From contig JBKJPX010000103.1 in assembly GCA_046594215.1 (NCBI GenBank), positions 4,923 through 68,922 on the forward strand: 64,000 bases of DNA. The letters are read 5' to 3'. The notes beneath the pieces were generated by a model. That model did not search any database and was not told the DNA's origin. It was given only the letters and a program-made list of their open reading frames with translations. A program made the position numbers and the translations under genes. Shown here one piece after another: positions 46,681 through 55,576 of this stretch. Every line of letters begins with the position of its first letter. The stretch's first letter is position 1. This DNA comes from Panacagrimonas sp. (GTDB lineage Bacteria > Pseudomonadota > Gammaproteobacteria > Nevskiales > Nevskiaceae).

Positions 46681-46716
46681 GCCGCCGCCCGTTGGGATGG
46701 TTGCCGCCGAGGGTAG

Positions 46717-47856
46717 CGGCCTTCTAGGGACGATCCCGGCGTCCTGTACTTCACGTCGGGCACCACCTCCAAGCCCAAGATGGTGCTGCACACGCAGCGC
46801 AGCTACCCCGTGGGGCACCTGAGCACGATGTACTGGCTGGGCCTGCGCGAGGAAGACGTGCACCTCAACATCAGTTCGCCGGGCTGGGCCAAGCACGCCT
46901 GGAGCTGCTTCTTCGCGCCCTGGACCGTGGGCGCCACGATCTTCATCTACAACCAGGGCCGCTTCGACGCCGACAGAACGCTGAGCACGCTCGCACGCTG
47001 CGGCGTGACCACGATCTGCGCGCCGCCCACCGCCTGGCGCGCGCTGATCCTCGAGGATCTGACGAAGTACCCACTCAAGCTGCGCGAGCTGGTCAGCGCC
47101 GGCGAGCCGCTGAATCCCGAAGTCATCGAGCGCGTGAAGGCGGCCTGGGGCATGGTGATCCGCGAGGGCTATGGCCAGACAGAATCGACCGCGATGCTCG
47201 GCAATCCGCCCGGCCAGCCGGTGCGCTACGGCTCGATGGGTCGCCCGCTGCCCGGGTACCGGCTGGACCTGCTGGACGTGGACGGCAACCCGGTCGACGA
47301 GGGCGAGGTGTCCGTCGCGCTCGATCCGCGACCGGCCGGCGTGATGGCAGGGTACGCGGGCGACCTTTCGAAAACGGAGAAGGCGCTCGGCGGCAGCCAC
47401 TACGGAACCGGCGACGTCGCCTCGCGCGACGCCGACGGCTTCTTCTGGTTCGTCGGCCGCACCGACGACGTGTTCAAGAGTTCCGACTACCGCATCTCGC
47501 CGTTCGAACTCGAGAGCGCGCTGATCGAGCACCCGGCGGTGGCCGAGGCCGCGGTCGTCGAAAGCCCGGACCCGAAGCGCCTCTGCGTGCCCAAGGCCTG
47601 CGTGATCCTCAGGCCCGGCTTCGCGCCCGACCGTGAAACGGCGAAGTCGATCCTGACATTCGCGCGCACGCGCCTGGCGCCGTACCAGAAGATTCGCATC
47701 CTCGAGTTCTGCGACCTGCCCAAGACGGTGTCGGGAAAGATCCGCCGAACCGATCTGCGCAAGAGCGAGGCCGAACGACGCCAGGCCGGCCGGCGCGGCG
47801 ATCAGGAATTCTTCGAGACCGACTTCCCGGAATTGATGGAGTCGACGCGGGGCTGA
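46717..47856 (+). pseudogene. 5'-truncated AMP-dependent acyl-CoA synthetase (medium-chain type); N-terminal about 190 aa missing
   Basis: The frame opens only at 46717, after a TAG, and immediately reads DDPGVLYFTSGTTSKPKMVLH, the AMP-binding P-loop that normally sits about 190 aa into the protein. The remainder is intact (GYGQTES, GDVASRDADGFFWFVGRTDDV, SGKIRR). Confidence 0.7.
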
Positions 47857-47863
47857 ATGACCG

Positions 47864-48460
47864 CTACGTGCCGCCAATCAAGGCGGCGTATACCGGGTCC
47901 TCGCGATCACGCCGACCCGTCACCGTGAACGCGCCGGGCACGCCTTCCGTGACGCGGTTTTCCGGTCGCGACGTTCCCCACTCGTTGGTGATGCGACGTC
48001 GCCCGATGCGCCAGCGCCCGTCGCGACGTTCCAGCTCGTCGAGGTAGCGGCCGCAGCAGACGTACTCGTGCTGCAAGGTCGCGGTCCCGGCTGCACGCTG
48101 CGCTCCGAGGTAGGCCGCGCCGAACCAGGCCTCGATGGCCGAGTCCTTCGCCGCGATCGTGTGCGTGGCCAGGTAATAGGATTCCGACGAGGCGCGATCG
48201 CCGTCGATCTCGATCACCGAGTGCGTCACGGTGTGGATGGTATGGACGCACATCGCGCCGAGCATCTCGATGATCTTGCCGGCGAACTCGTGGGCGTTGA
48301 GCTTCATGGCCCCGTGGTCGTCGACCGCGTCCGGGTGATAGACCGAGCGCAGCAGGTGCACGTCGAGCCGGTCGATGGCGCGGCAATACAGGCCCAGCAG
48401 ATTCTCGATCTCGCCGCGGTCGGCGGCCTTCTGCAGGGTTGCAAGCGTCGCTGCGTCCAT
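47864..48460 (-). CDS. SnoaL-like / NTF2-fold protein
   Basis: 198 aa from MDAATL. EIENLLGLYCRAIDRLDVHLLRSVYHPDAVDDHG is typical of the SnoaL_4 family. Confidence 0.65.
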   Translation of the reverse strand: MDAATLATLQKAADRGEIENLLGLYCRAIDRLDVHLLRSVYHPDAVDDHGAMKLNAHEFAGKIIEMLGAMCVHTIHTVTHSVIEIDGDRASSESYYLATHTIAAKDSAIEAWFGAAYLGAQRAAGTATLQHEYVCCGRYLDELERRDGRWRIGRRRITNEWGTSRPENRVTEGVPGAFTVTGRRDREDPVYAALIGGT

Positions 48461-48724
48461 GTCGGGTCTCGGTGAAGAGTCAGTGAAAAGGCCTGCGCCC
48501 ATCGGGCGTCGGCACCGCCCGATTCTCGTCCCCGCAATGCGCCGACAGCCATGACCGGCGACGACAACCTCGATGCCGTGCGCGGCACGGGCGCATGGGG
48601 CTGCCGCGACCTTGTTGCCGGCCCTGACTGTCGCGTATGGTCCTGACCACTAGCGACAGAACACCCCGCGTGCCGGCATCCCCGGTTCCGCGAGGGCGTC
48701 ATGCGGCGACGAGGAGGAAGGGCG

Positions 48725-49783
48725 ATGAGCAAGGAGCCGGAAGTTCGGCATGGCCCGCTGGACGGCGTGGTCCGGGTCGAGGCCCTGCGCCTCTATTCCG
48801 AGGTCGCGCGCGAACTCGGGGGGGATCCGGCGCGACTGCTGGCCAGGGCGCAGATCGATCCGGCCGCACTCAAACGTCCCGAGGCGGTGATCTCCTACCG
48901 CTCGATGATCCACCTGCTCGAGCGCTCGGCGGTGGAGCTCGACTGCCCCGACTTCGGCTTGCGCCTCGCCACCCGCCAGGGCGGCATCTCGGTGCTCGGG
49001 CCGCTCGAGGTGGCGATGCGCAATTCGTCGACGGTGGGAGAGGCCTATCGTTATTGCGCGGGACATCTGCAGGTCTACAGCCCGGTCGTGCGCATCGAGA
49101 TGGAAGAGGATCGCGCGGCGGGCCGGCACTGCATGCACTTCGAGATCCTGCTCAATCGAGTGCCGCACCAGCGCCAGGCCGTCGAGAACGCGCTCGCACT
49201 GACGCACCACGCGGTGCGGACCTTGTCGAGCGGCAACTTCGGGGCGCGCGAGGTGTGGTTCCGGCACGAACGCCTGCTGCCACCGTCGGCCTACCAGCGC
49301 TACTTCGGCGGCCCGGTGCGTTTCGGCAAGCCGTACAACGGCGTGTTCTTCAACAGCCGCGACTTTGCGCAGCCGATCGCCAACCAGAATCCGCAGCTCT
49401 ACGAGATGGCGTCGCGTTACATCGACACGCAGTACCCGGCGGCATCGGTGCACCTGGGCGCCCGCGTGCACGGACTGGCCGACCGCCTGCTCGCGCAGGG
49501 CGCATGCACGCATACCGAGGTGGCGGCACGCCTGAACCTGCATCCGCGCACGCTGCAGCGGCGTCTGCGCGAGGAAGGCACGAGTTTCGAGGCGATCAAG
49601 GACGAGGTCAGGCGCGACGCTGCGGCGCGTTACCTGAGCCAGTCCGACATCCCGCTCACGCGCGTAGCCGCACTGCTGGGCTACAGCGAGCCCTCGGTGC
49701 TGACGCGCCGGTGCAAGGTGTGGTTCTCGAGTTCGCCGAGGCAGATTCGCGAGCACCGCGGCGAAAAGCGCGAGCTGGCCTAG
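48725..49783 (+). CDS. AraC-family transcriptional regulator with Arabinose_bd-like N-terminal domain (paralog type of 18954..20000)
   Basis: Same architecture as the first AraC: DCPDFGLRLATRQG ... C-terminal HTH LTRVAALLGYSEPSVLTRRCKVWFSSSPRQIR. Divergent from the SnoaL-like gene. Confidence 0.85.
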   Translation: MSKEPEVRHGPLDGVVRVEALRLYSEVARELGGDPARLLARAQIDPAALKRPEAVISYRSMIHLLERSAVELDCPDFGLRLATRQGGISVLGPLEVAMRNSSTVGEAYRYCAGHLQVYSPVVRIEMEEDRAAGRHCMHFEILLNRVPHQRQAVENALALTHHAVRTLSSGNFGAREVWFRHERLLPPSAYQRYFGGPVRFGKPYNGVFFNSRDFAQPIANQNPQLYEMASRYIDTQYPAASVHLGARVHGLADRLLAQGACTHTEVAARLNLHPRTLQRRLREEGTSFEAIKDEVRRDAAARYLSQSDIPLTRVAALLGYSEPSVLTRRCKVWFSSSPRQIREHRGEKRELA

Positions 49784-49790
49784 TCGTGCT

Positions 49791-49830
49791 CCCTCTCCCC
49801 GCGCCAGCGGGGAGAGGGCGGGGTGAGGGG
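49791..49830. repeat. REP-like element: perfect 12-bp hairpin CCCTCTCCCCGC/GCGGGGAGAGGG followed by CGGGGTGAGGGG
   Basis: Read directly. It shares the GGGAGAGGG and GGGTGAGGG motifs with 24487-24550, in inverted orientation. Confidence 0.6.
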
Positions 49831-49875
49831 CAGGACGTGAGCAACTGCGGCTGGATGTGCTACGCCCAAAAGCCG

Positions 49876-49920
49876 CCCCTCACCCCGACCCATGCGATGA
49901 AGCCGCATGGGGAGAGGGGG
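49876..49920. repeat. Second REP-like element: CCCCTCACCCCG, then hairpin CCCATGCG/CGCATGGG, then GAGAGGGGG
   Basis: Read directly. Together with 49791-49830 it forms an inverted pair of the CCCCTCACCCC motif. Confidence 0.5.
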
Positions 49921-50112
49921 CTGGTCGGCGCCGCTCGCGTCCCCGCTGTTCATCCCGAGTGGCCGTGCGAGCGAAGCGAACACGGCGTATCGAGGGACGA
50001 AGGGACGGATGTCGCGTGACGCCCGCAATGTGTCGCGTGAAATCAAGACCGGTCCGGACGCTCGTGCAAGTCTGGTTCGCGATCCTTGCCCATCCATCCA
50101 GGAGGTCAGCCG

Positions 50113-51765
50113 ATGCCCGTCGTCGAGCAGCGCCGTGACGTCGGCGGCTGGGCGGTGCGGTGGAACGCCGCGCTCGCCGCGCAGGCACGGGCGAACGGCG
50201 ACTGGCCCGATCGGACCGTCGCCGACTTCGCGCGCGAACGCGCCGCGCAGCATCCCGAACAGGTGCAGATCGTCGACGGCGACCGCTCGCTGAGCTGCGC
50301 CGAGCTGTTCGAAAGGGCGCGCCGTCTCGCGGGCTGGTTCCTGGCCATTGGGCTGAAGCCGGGCGAGGTGGTCTCGTTCCAGTTGCCGAACTGGTGGGAG
50401 GCCTGCGTGATCGATCTCGCCGCGTCGATGACGGGCGTGGTCACCAACCCGATCGTGCCGATCAACCGCGACGCGGAAGTGCGGTACATGCTGCAGGAGT
50501 CGCGCACGCGCGTGATGTTCGTGCCGAGCACGTTCCGCAAGTTCGACCACGCGGCGATGATGCAGCGCATCGCGGCGGACCTGCCGGACCGACCGCGCGT
50601 CGTGCTCGTGCGAGGACAGGGCATGCACGGCGAGGCGGACTTCGACACGCTGCTCGCCGCCTCGTCGCCCGTGTCGCGCTTCGTCGCGGTGGACCCGGAC
50701 GCGGTGAAGCTGCTGATGTACACCTCTGGCACCACCGGGCGGCCCAAGGGCGTTCTGCATTCGCACAACAGCTTCCACGCCGACTCGGTGAAGCTCAAGC
50801 CGACGGTCGGCCTGGGCAAGGGCGACGTGACCTTCTGTCCGTCACCCGTGACGCACGTCAGCGGGTACCTGTGGGTGCTGAACATGCCCTGGTGCGGCGA
50901 CATCCCGGCGGTGATGGTAGACACCTGGGAACCGGAGCGCGCATTCGAACTCATGCGACGCCATGCCTGCTCGTTCATGGTCGGCGCCACGCCCTTTCTG
51001 CAGGATCTCGTGGCCGAGGCACGCCGGCGCGGCGAGACGCTGCCCGCGTTGCGTTCCTATCTCTGCGGGGGTGCCGCCGTGCCGCCGAGCCTGATCTACG
51101 AGGCGGCCGAACTGTTTCCGAACTGCCTCCCCTGGCGAACCTTCGGCGCCACCGAGGCGCCGACGATGACGGGTCCGCCGCCGTCGCGCGCCGGCCTTCG
51201 ACTCGCGGCGGAAACGGACGGGCGCCTCAACCGCGCCGAGGTGCGCATCGTCGACATCGTCAGCGGCGCGCTGCTGGCTCCCGGAGAGGAGGGGGAGATC
51301 CTCGTGCGCGAACCGAGCATGGCGCTGGGCTACGCGCGTGCCGAGGACAACGAGGCCGCCTACGACGAAGACGGCTTCTTCCGCATGGGCGATCTCGGCC
51401 GGCTCGTGGAGACCGGTCACCTCATCTGCACCGGTCGCAAGAAGGACCTGATCATCCGCGCCGGCGAGAACATCAGCGCCAAGGAGATCGAAGATGTTCT
51501 CCATCGCTGCCCCAAGGTCGCGGAGTGCGCGGTGGTGTCGATGCCCAGCACACGCACGGGTGAGGCGATCTGCGCCTTCGTCGTGCCGGTGCCGGGCGCA
51601 ACGCTCGACCTGCCGGAGATCGCGAAGCTGGTGCAGGACGCGCGCATGGCCACGCAGAAGACGCCGGAGCGGGTCGTGCTTGTCGCCGAGCTGCCGAAGA
51701 ATCCCGCGGGCAAGGTGCGCAAGGACCTGCTGCGCCAGACCGCAAAGACTTTCGCGCAGGATTAG
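50113..51765 (+). CDS. AMP-dependent acyl-CoA ligase
   Basis: YTSGTTGRPKGV P-loop, GATEAP, GDLG...TGRKKDLIIRAGENI and PAGKVRK motifs. GGAGG lies 7 nt upstream of the ATG at 50113. Confidence 0.88.
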   Translation: MPVVEQRRDVGGWAVRWNAALAAQARANGDWPDRTVADFARERAAQHPEQVQIVDGDRSLSCAELFERARRLAGWFLAIGLKPGEVVSFQLPNWWEACVIDLAASMTGVVTNPIVPINRDAEVRYMLQESRTRVMFVPSTFRKFDHAAMMQRIAADLPDRPRVVLVRGQGMHGEADFDTLLAASSPVSRFVAVDPDAVKLLMYTSGTTGRPKGVLHSHNSFHADSVKLKPTVGLGKGDVTFCPSPVTHVSGYLWVLNMPWCGDIPAVMVDTWEPERAFELMRRHACSFMVGATPFLQDLVAEARRRGETLPALRSYLCGGAAVPPSLIYEAAELFPNCLPWRTFGATEAPTMTGPPPSRAGLRLAAETDGRLNRAEVRIVDIVSGALLAPGEEGEILVREPSMALGYARAEDNEAAYDEDGFFRMGDLGRLVETGHLICTGRKKDLIIRAGENISAKEIEDVLHRCPKVAECAVVSMPSTRTGEAICAFVVPVPGATLDLPEIAKLVQDARMATQKTPERVVLVAELPKNPAGKVRKDLLRQTAKTFAQD

Positions 51766-51767
51766 CG

Positions 51768-52961
51768 ATGGACTTACAGCTCCATCCCGACGACGAAGTC
51801 TTCCGCGTGCAGGTTCGCGAATTCCTGCGCCGCGAACTGCCGCTGGAACTCGCACGCCGCGAGGCGCGCGGATTTCATCTGCCACGCGCGGACACCGCGG
51901 CCTGGCATCGACGTCTATACACCCAGGGGTGGGCCGCGCCGAACTGGCCTGTCGAGCAGGGCGGCACGGGCTGGTCGCCGATCCGCAGATATCTCTACGA
52001 ACTCGAATACGGCCTGGCGAACGCGCCGGAGCTGAGCCTGATCGCGCTGTCGATGGTGGGGCCCGTCCTGTGCCGCTTCGGCTCGCCGGAACTGCAGCAG
52101 CGTTTCCTGCAACCGATCCTGCGCGGCGATCTCTGGTTCTGCCAGGGTTTCTCCGAACCTGAGGCGGGCTCGGATCTGGCGAACCTGCGCACGCGAGCCG
52201 TGCTCGACGGCGACGCCTACGTGATCACCGGCCAGAAAACCTGGACCACCTCCGGGCACGAGGCGGACTTCATGATCTGCCTGTGCCGCACGAACGCCGA
52301 CGTGAAACCGCAGGCCGGGCTGTCGATGATCCTGCTGCCGATGGACGCGCCGGGCGTGCGCATCCGTCCCATCCACACGATCGACGACGACCACACGATC
52401 AACGAAGTCTTTCTGGACGACGTGCGCGTGCCGCGCGCCAACCTCGTGGGCGAGCCCGACAGCGGCTGGACCCAGGCCAAGTTCCTGCTCGGGTTCGAGC
52501 GCACGCACAACGCTTATATCGGCATGCTGCGGCGCTACCTCGCCCGAATCCCGCGCCTGATCGAGGCCGAGTGCGCGAACGGGCTGTCCACGGCTGCGGC
52601 CACGCAGCTTCGGCGCAAGCGGGCGCTGCTCGAGATCGACGTCGATTCGCTCGACTGGTCGGTGCTGCGCGTGCTCGCCGGAGAACCGGGCCCGATCCTC
52701 GACGCGGCGACTTCGGGCCTCAAGGTGCGCGGGTCCGAGTACCTCATGCGGGCAGCCCACCTGGAGATGGAAATCCTCGGGCCGCAGGTCGCGCCACGTT
52801 TCCAGGCGCATTCGGCGGGCGCACTGCCGGCAGGTGCCTCGGACGCCGCGCCCGGCCGGGCCACGCAGTACTTCTACTGGCGCTCTGCGACGATCTTCGG
52901 CGGCACCAACGACATCCAGCGCGGCATCATCTGGAACGCGCTCGCGCGCGGCGCATCGTGA
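51768..52961 (+). CDS. Acyl-CoA dehydrogenase (alpha-type subunit, LCAD/IVD-like base placement)
   Basis: 397 aa. CQGFSEPEAGSDL, GQKTWTTSG and IFGGTNDIQ motifs. Starts 3 nt after the ligase stop. Confidence 0.88.
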   Translation: MDLQLHPDDEVFRVQVREFLRRELPLELARREARGFHLPRADTAAWHRRLYTQGWAAPNWPVEQGGTGWSPIRRYLYELEYGLANAPELSLIALSMVGPVLCRFGSPELQQRFLQPILRGDLWFCQGFSEPEAGSDLANLRTRAVLDGDAYVITGQKTWTTSGHEADFMICLCRTNADVKPQAGLSMILLPMDAPGVRIRPIHTIDDDHTINEVFLDDVRVPRANLVGEPDSGWTQAKFLLGFERTHNAYIGMLRRYLARIPRLIEAECANGLSTAAATQLRRKRALLEIDVDSLDWSVLRVLAGEPGPILDAATSGLKVRGSEYLMRAAHLEMEILGPQVAPRFQAHSAGALPAGASDAAPGRATQYFYWRSATIFGGTNDIQRGIIWNALARGAS

Positions 52962-53007
52962 GCCGCGCCATCCATATCCATTCTTCGCGCCGGCGCCGGA
53001 GGTCCTC

Positions 53008-54099
53008 GTGGATTTCCGGCTGAGCGACGAGCAGCAGATGCTGCGAGACAGCGCGCGTCGTTGCCTGAGCGAACTCGCGAAAACGATGCCGTCGCCGAAG
53101 CGCTGGCGCCACTTTGCGGACCTGGGCTGGACCGCGATGGCGGTGCCCGAAGCCGCCGGGGGCCTGGGCTCCTCGATTGCCGATCTCGCCGTGCTCGCCG
53201 AGGAATTCGGGCGCGCGCTGGAGCCGGAATCCCTCGTGGCGGGCGCGATGTTGCCGGCCGCGGTCCTCGGGATGGCCGGCGCGGGTGCGGGGTCGCTGCT
53301 TTCGGAGATCGCAACGGGGGAGACCCGGGCGGCGCTGGCGGTCTATGAGCCTCAGCGGCGTTATTCCTTGCAGCCGGCCCTGCGCGCGACGCAGCAGTCC
53401 GAATCCTCCTTCTGCCTGGAGGGACGAAAGCTGCTCGTCGTCTCGGGCGCGCAGGCGGACCGCCTCGTCGTGTCGGCTAGCCTCGCGCGCGCGGGCGCCG
53501 CGCAGGAACCGGCCCTGTTCGTGGTCGACGCGACGGCGCGCGGACTGGGCCGTACGGCCTACGAAACCCTGGACGGCCGCGCCTGCGCGGACTTCGAGTT
53601 CGACGGGGTCGTCGCGACCGACCTGCTGCTCTGCGGCGCCAGTGTGCCGGCCCTGGTCGAGGACGCGCTCGACCGTGCCGTGATCAGTCAGTGCGCCGAA
53701 CTCGTCGGCGGCATGGACCGCTGTATCGAGCTGACGGTCGAACACCTCAAGACGCGCCGCCAGTTTGGTCGCCCCCTTGCCGATTTACAGGCGCTTCAGC
53801 ACGCGGTCGCGGAGCTGTTCATGGATGCCTACGCGGCCCGCTCGATCCTCTACCGCGCGATCGGCAGCGCCGACGCGTCGCGCGCAGAGCGCCAGCAGGC
53901 GGTGTCCGGCTGCAAGATCAAGGTCGTGGAATGCGCGACGCGCGTGGCGGGTGCGGCGGTCCACCTGCACGGCGGGATCGGCGTGAGCACCGAGTACGCG
54001 GTGGGGCACTACCTGCGTCGCGCGATCGTGGCCGAGCGCCTGTACGGCGACCTCGAGCATCACCTGAAGCGCCGGCTCGAACCCGGGGGCGTGGCCTGA
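53008..54099 (+). CDS. Acyl-CoA dehydrogenase family protein (beta-type partner subunit)
   Basis: GTG start with GGAGG upstream. ACAD C-terminal fold (RRQFGRPLADLQALQH, LHGGIGVSTEYAVGHYLRR). The N-terminal and middle regions are divergent and lack the usual FAD-contact motifs as far as I can judge by eye. Confidence 0.75.
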   Translation: MDFRLSDEQQMLRDSARRCLSELAKTMPSPKRWRHFADLGWTAMAVPEAAGGLGSSIADLAVLAEEFGRALEPESLVAGAMLPAAVLGMAGAGAGSLLSEIATGETRAALAVYEPQRRYSLQPALRATQQSESSFCLEGRKLLVVSGAQADRLVVSASLARAGAAQEPALFVVDATARGLGRTAYETLDGRACADFEFDGVVATDLLLCGASVPALVEDALDRAVISQCAELVGGMDRCIELTVEHLKTRRQFGRPLADLQALQHAVAELFMDAYAARSILYRAIGSADASRAERQQAVSGCKIKVVECATRVAGAAVHLHGGIGVSTEYAVGHYLRRAIVAERLYGDLEHHLKRRLEPGGVA

Positions 54100-54211
54100 G
54101 GAAGGCGTCGCTTGGGGTTGCGCTTCTGTCGTCTCCGATCAAGACGGTCCGCGACCCGAGGCCTAGGCTGCCGGGAAGGGTCGACACATACGACACCGCG
54201 AGGAGAGGGGC

Positions 54212-55576
54212 ATGACCGGTTCAAGGCCGTCATTTGCACCAGACGAAGTCCGCGACGACTTCGTCCCCAAGGAGGTCTACTTCAGCCCGGAGTTCGCGGC
54301 GCTGGAGGCCGAGCACCTGTGGCCCCACGTCTGGCAGCTCGCCTGCCGGCTCGAGGAGATCCCCGAGGTCGGCGACTACGTCACCTACGACATCCTCGAC
54401 GACTCGATCATCGTCGTCCGCAACAGCGATACCACGGTCAAGGCCTACCACAACGCCTGCCCGCATCGCGGACGCCGCCTCACCGACGGCTGTGGGCACG
54501 TGCAGAAGAACTTCGTCTGCCGCTTCCACGGCTGGCAATACGATGTGAACGGCGCGAACACCAAGGTCGTCGATCGCGACGACTGGGGTGGCGGCCTCAA
54601 GGACGAGGACATCCGGCTGCGCGAGGTGAAGAGCGGAACCTGGGGCGGTTTCGTGTTCATCAACATGGACGCGGCCTGTGAACCGCTCGAGAAGTTCCTC
54701 GAACCGCTCGACGAGTACTGCGGCAGGTTCGAGTTCGAGAAGCTGCGCTTCCGCTGGTACAAGACCACGATCCTTCCCTGCAACTGGAAGGTGATGCTGG
54801 AGTTCTTCAACGAGTTCTACCACGTGCAGCAGGCGCACCAGCAGCTGCTGCCTTTCAGCAACGACTACTCGAACAGCGGCGGCTTCGGGCGCCACGGTGC
54901 GATGTGGTACCCCCCCAGCGGAGCGTTCCCCCTGAGCCGCTCGCCGCGCCTCCCCCCCAAGGACGAGCCGGACTACCGCAACTTCGTGCTCGACTTCGTG
55001 GAGATCTTCAACCGCGACCTCAAGGCGATGGTTACCGAGCGCAACTACCTGGCGGCGCAGCGCCTGCGCACGGAAGTGGCGGCCGATGCGCCGCCGCTGG
55101 AAGTGATCACGAAGTGGGTGCAGTTCCAGATCGAGGCGGCGCACGCGGATGGATCGGGCTGGCCCGAGGGCCTGACGCCGGAATACATCGACCGCTCGAA
55201 GCTCGACTGGCACGTCTTTCCCAACACGATCTTCCTGCACGGCTTCGTCGACGGCGTGCTCTGGTACCGCGCGAGGCCCAACGGCGAGGATCCCGAGAGT
55301 TGCATCTTCGACGTGTGGTCGCTGCAGCGCTATGGCCCCGGCAAGGCGCCGCCGCTCAAGCGGGAGTTCTACGAGAACTGGGAGGATGGCGACTTCCCGC
55401 TGATCTTCACGCAGGATTTCGCCAACACGGCGGGCGTGCAGAAGGGTTTGAAGTCGCGTGGCTTCCACGGTTCGCGAACCAACCCGGTGCAGGAGCGCGC
55501 GCTCGTCAATTTCCATCGCCGGCTGCGCGAGTTCCTGCGCGATCCCGGTGAAGGCTCGAAAGGACGCCTGCCATGA
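54212..55576 (+). CDS. Rieske [2Fe-2S] non-heme iron oxygenase, alpha subunit
   Basis: CPHRG...CRFHGW Rieske motif and an NEFYHVQQAH mononuclear-iron motif. AGGAGAGGGG RBS. Confidence 0.9.
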   Translation: MTGSRPSFAPDEVRDDFVPKEVYFSPEFAALEAEHLWPHVWQLACRLEEIPEVGDYVTYDILDDSIIVVRNSDTTVKAYHNACPHRGRRLTDGCGHVQKNFVCRFHGWQYDVNGANTKVVDRDDWGGGLKDEDIRLREVKSGTWGGFVFINMDAACEPLEKFLEPLDEYCGRFEFEKLRFRWYKTTILPCNWKVMLEFFNEFYHVQQAHQQLLPFSNDYSNSGGFGRHGAMWYPPSGAFPLSRSPRLPPKDEPDYRNFVLDFVEIFNRDLKAMVTERNYLAAQRLRTEVAADAPPLEVITKWVQFQIEAAHADGSGWPEGLTPEYIDRSKLDWHVFPNTIFLHGFVDGVLWYRARPNGEDPESCIFDVWSLQRYGPGKAPPLKREFYENWEDGDFPLIFTQDFANTAGVQKGLKSRGFHGSRTNPVQERALVNFHRRLREFLRDPGEGSKGRLP

